From Eledone cirrhosa (lineage: Eukaryota), in the NCBI GenBank assembly GCA_964016885.1, contig OZ024753.1, forward strand, positions 31,062,001 through 31,126,000: a DNA stretch of 64,000 bases, written 5' to 3'. Below, piece after piece: positions 62,642 through 64,000 of the stretch. The stretch's first letter is position 1. The number at the start of each line of letters is the position of its first letter. Below the pieces are notes generated by a model. It had not been told where the DNA came from and did not search any database. It saw only the letters and a list, made by a program, of their open reading frames with translations. The translations under genes were made by a program, and so were the position numbers.

Positions 62642-64000
62642 TTGGAATAAATGCTCTGAAATAGCGATATATATGTGAATATAGACATAGAATATTCGAA
62701 AATATTCTGTATGTTTATAATAAACATTTTGAAGACCTAATCGCTATAGAATAGAATACGTCACGTATTACAATTAGATTCTCGATAAAAGCAAGGGAAG
62801 TAATCTACGCGTTTCATTCTTATTAGAAATCTTCAGGACTACATATCCAGTGCTTTTATCGAGAATGACACAGCTAGAGACTTATAGAATACTTAGCTGT
62901 GTACAGGAACTGGTTTGAAAGAGCGGTTGCCGGTCCGGCAGAAATTAGAAATTGGAATAAATGCTCTGAAATAGCGATATATATGTGAATATAGACATAG
63001 AATATTCGAAAATATTCTGTATGTTTATAATAAACATTTTGAAGACCTAATCGCTATAGAATAGAATACGTCACGTATTACAATTAGATTCTCGATAAAA
63101 GCAAGGGAAGTAATCTACGCGTTTCATTCTTATTAGAAATCTTCAGGACTACATATCCAGTGCTTTTATCGAGAATGACACAGCTAGAGACTTATAGAAT
63201 ACTTAGCTGTGTACAGGAACTGGTTTGAAAGAGCGGTTGCCGGTCCGGCAGAAATTAGAAATTGGAATAAATGCTCTGAAATAGCGATATATATGTGAAT
63301 ATAGACATAGAATATTCGAAAATATTCTGTATGTTTATAATAAACATTTTGAAGACCTAATCGCTATAGAATAGAATACGTCACGTATTACAATTAGATT
63401 CTCGATAAAAGCAAGGGAAGTAATCTACGCGTTTCATTCTTATTAGAAATCTTCAGGACTACATATCCAGTGCTTTTATCGAGAATGACACAGCTAGAGA
63501 CTTATAGAATACTTAGCTGTGTACAGGAACTGGTTTGAAAGAGCGGTTGCCGGTCCGGCAGAAATTAGAAATTGGAATAAATGCTCTGAAATAGCGATAT
63601 ATATGTGAATATAGACATAGAATATTCGAAAATATTCTGTATGTTTATAATAAACATTTTGAAGACCTAATCGCTATAGAATAGAATACGTCACGTATTA
63701 CAATTAGATTCTCGATAAAAGCAAGGGAAGTAATCTACGCGTTTCATTCTTATTAGAAATCTTCAGGACTACATATCCAGTGCTTTTATCGAGAATGACA
63801 CAGCTAGAGACTTATAGAATACTTAGCTGTGTACAGGAACTGGTTTGAAAGAGCGGTTGCCGGTCCGGCAGAAATTAGAAATTGGAATAAATGCTCTGAA
63901 ATAGCGATATATATGTGAATATAGACATAGAATATTCGAAAATATTCTGTATGTTTATAATAAACATTTTGAAGACCTAATCGCTATAGAATAGAATACG
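62634..64000 (-). mobile_element. 310-bp tandem array with one HHR per unit (non-LTR retrozyme-like)
   Basis: attggaataa at 62641, 62951, 63261, 63571 and 63881, with units identical by eye. Minus-strand HHR gtagtc-CTGAAGA-tttc taataa gaat-GAAAC gc GTA-gattac. Confidence 0.85.
62800..62842 (-). ncRNA. Type I hammerhead ribozyme of the retrozyme unit (also 63110-63152, 63420-63462, 63730-63772)
   Basis: Intact CUGANGA/GAAA/GUA core, palindromic stem III (acgcgt), and stem I extended by a 16-bp helix beyond an internal loop. Confidence 0.85.

Overview
AT-rich eukaryotic genomic DNA, probably cephalopod or Octopus (inferred from the repeat content, not proven). It is dominated by (TA)n, (CA)n and (GTT)n microsatellites, tRNA-type SINEs, decayed CR1-, RTE- and CRE-type LINEs, a Tigger/pogo relic and MITEs. 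Nearly all ORFs in the supplied track are microsatellite artefacts. Three things stand out. (1) There are many type I hammerhead ribozyme (HHR) motifs in Penelope-like element (PLE) terminal repeats, often arranged as inverted repeats or fold-back hairpins. They include a perfectly homogeneous 310-bp tandem array (62634-64000) with one HHR per highly base-paired unit, which looks like a non-LTR retrozyme or circRNA locus, and an 82-bp tandem HHR array. (2) A spliced gene with four coding exons, missing from the ORF track (10748-18191), encodes a 110-aa secreted Cys-rich acidic protein. (3) A ~5.3-kb tandem duplication has a chimeric RTE copy at its junction. A second, weaker spliced gene model with a possible 7-nt microexon spans 30690-55805. 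All calls were made by eye; no searches or folding computations were run.
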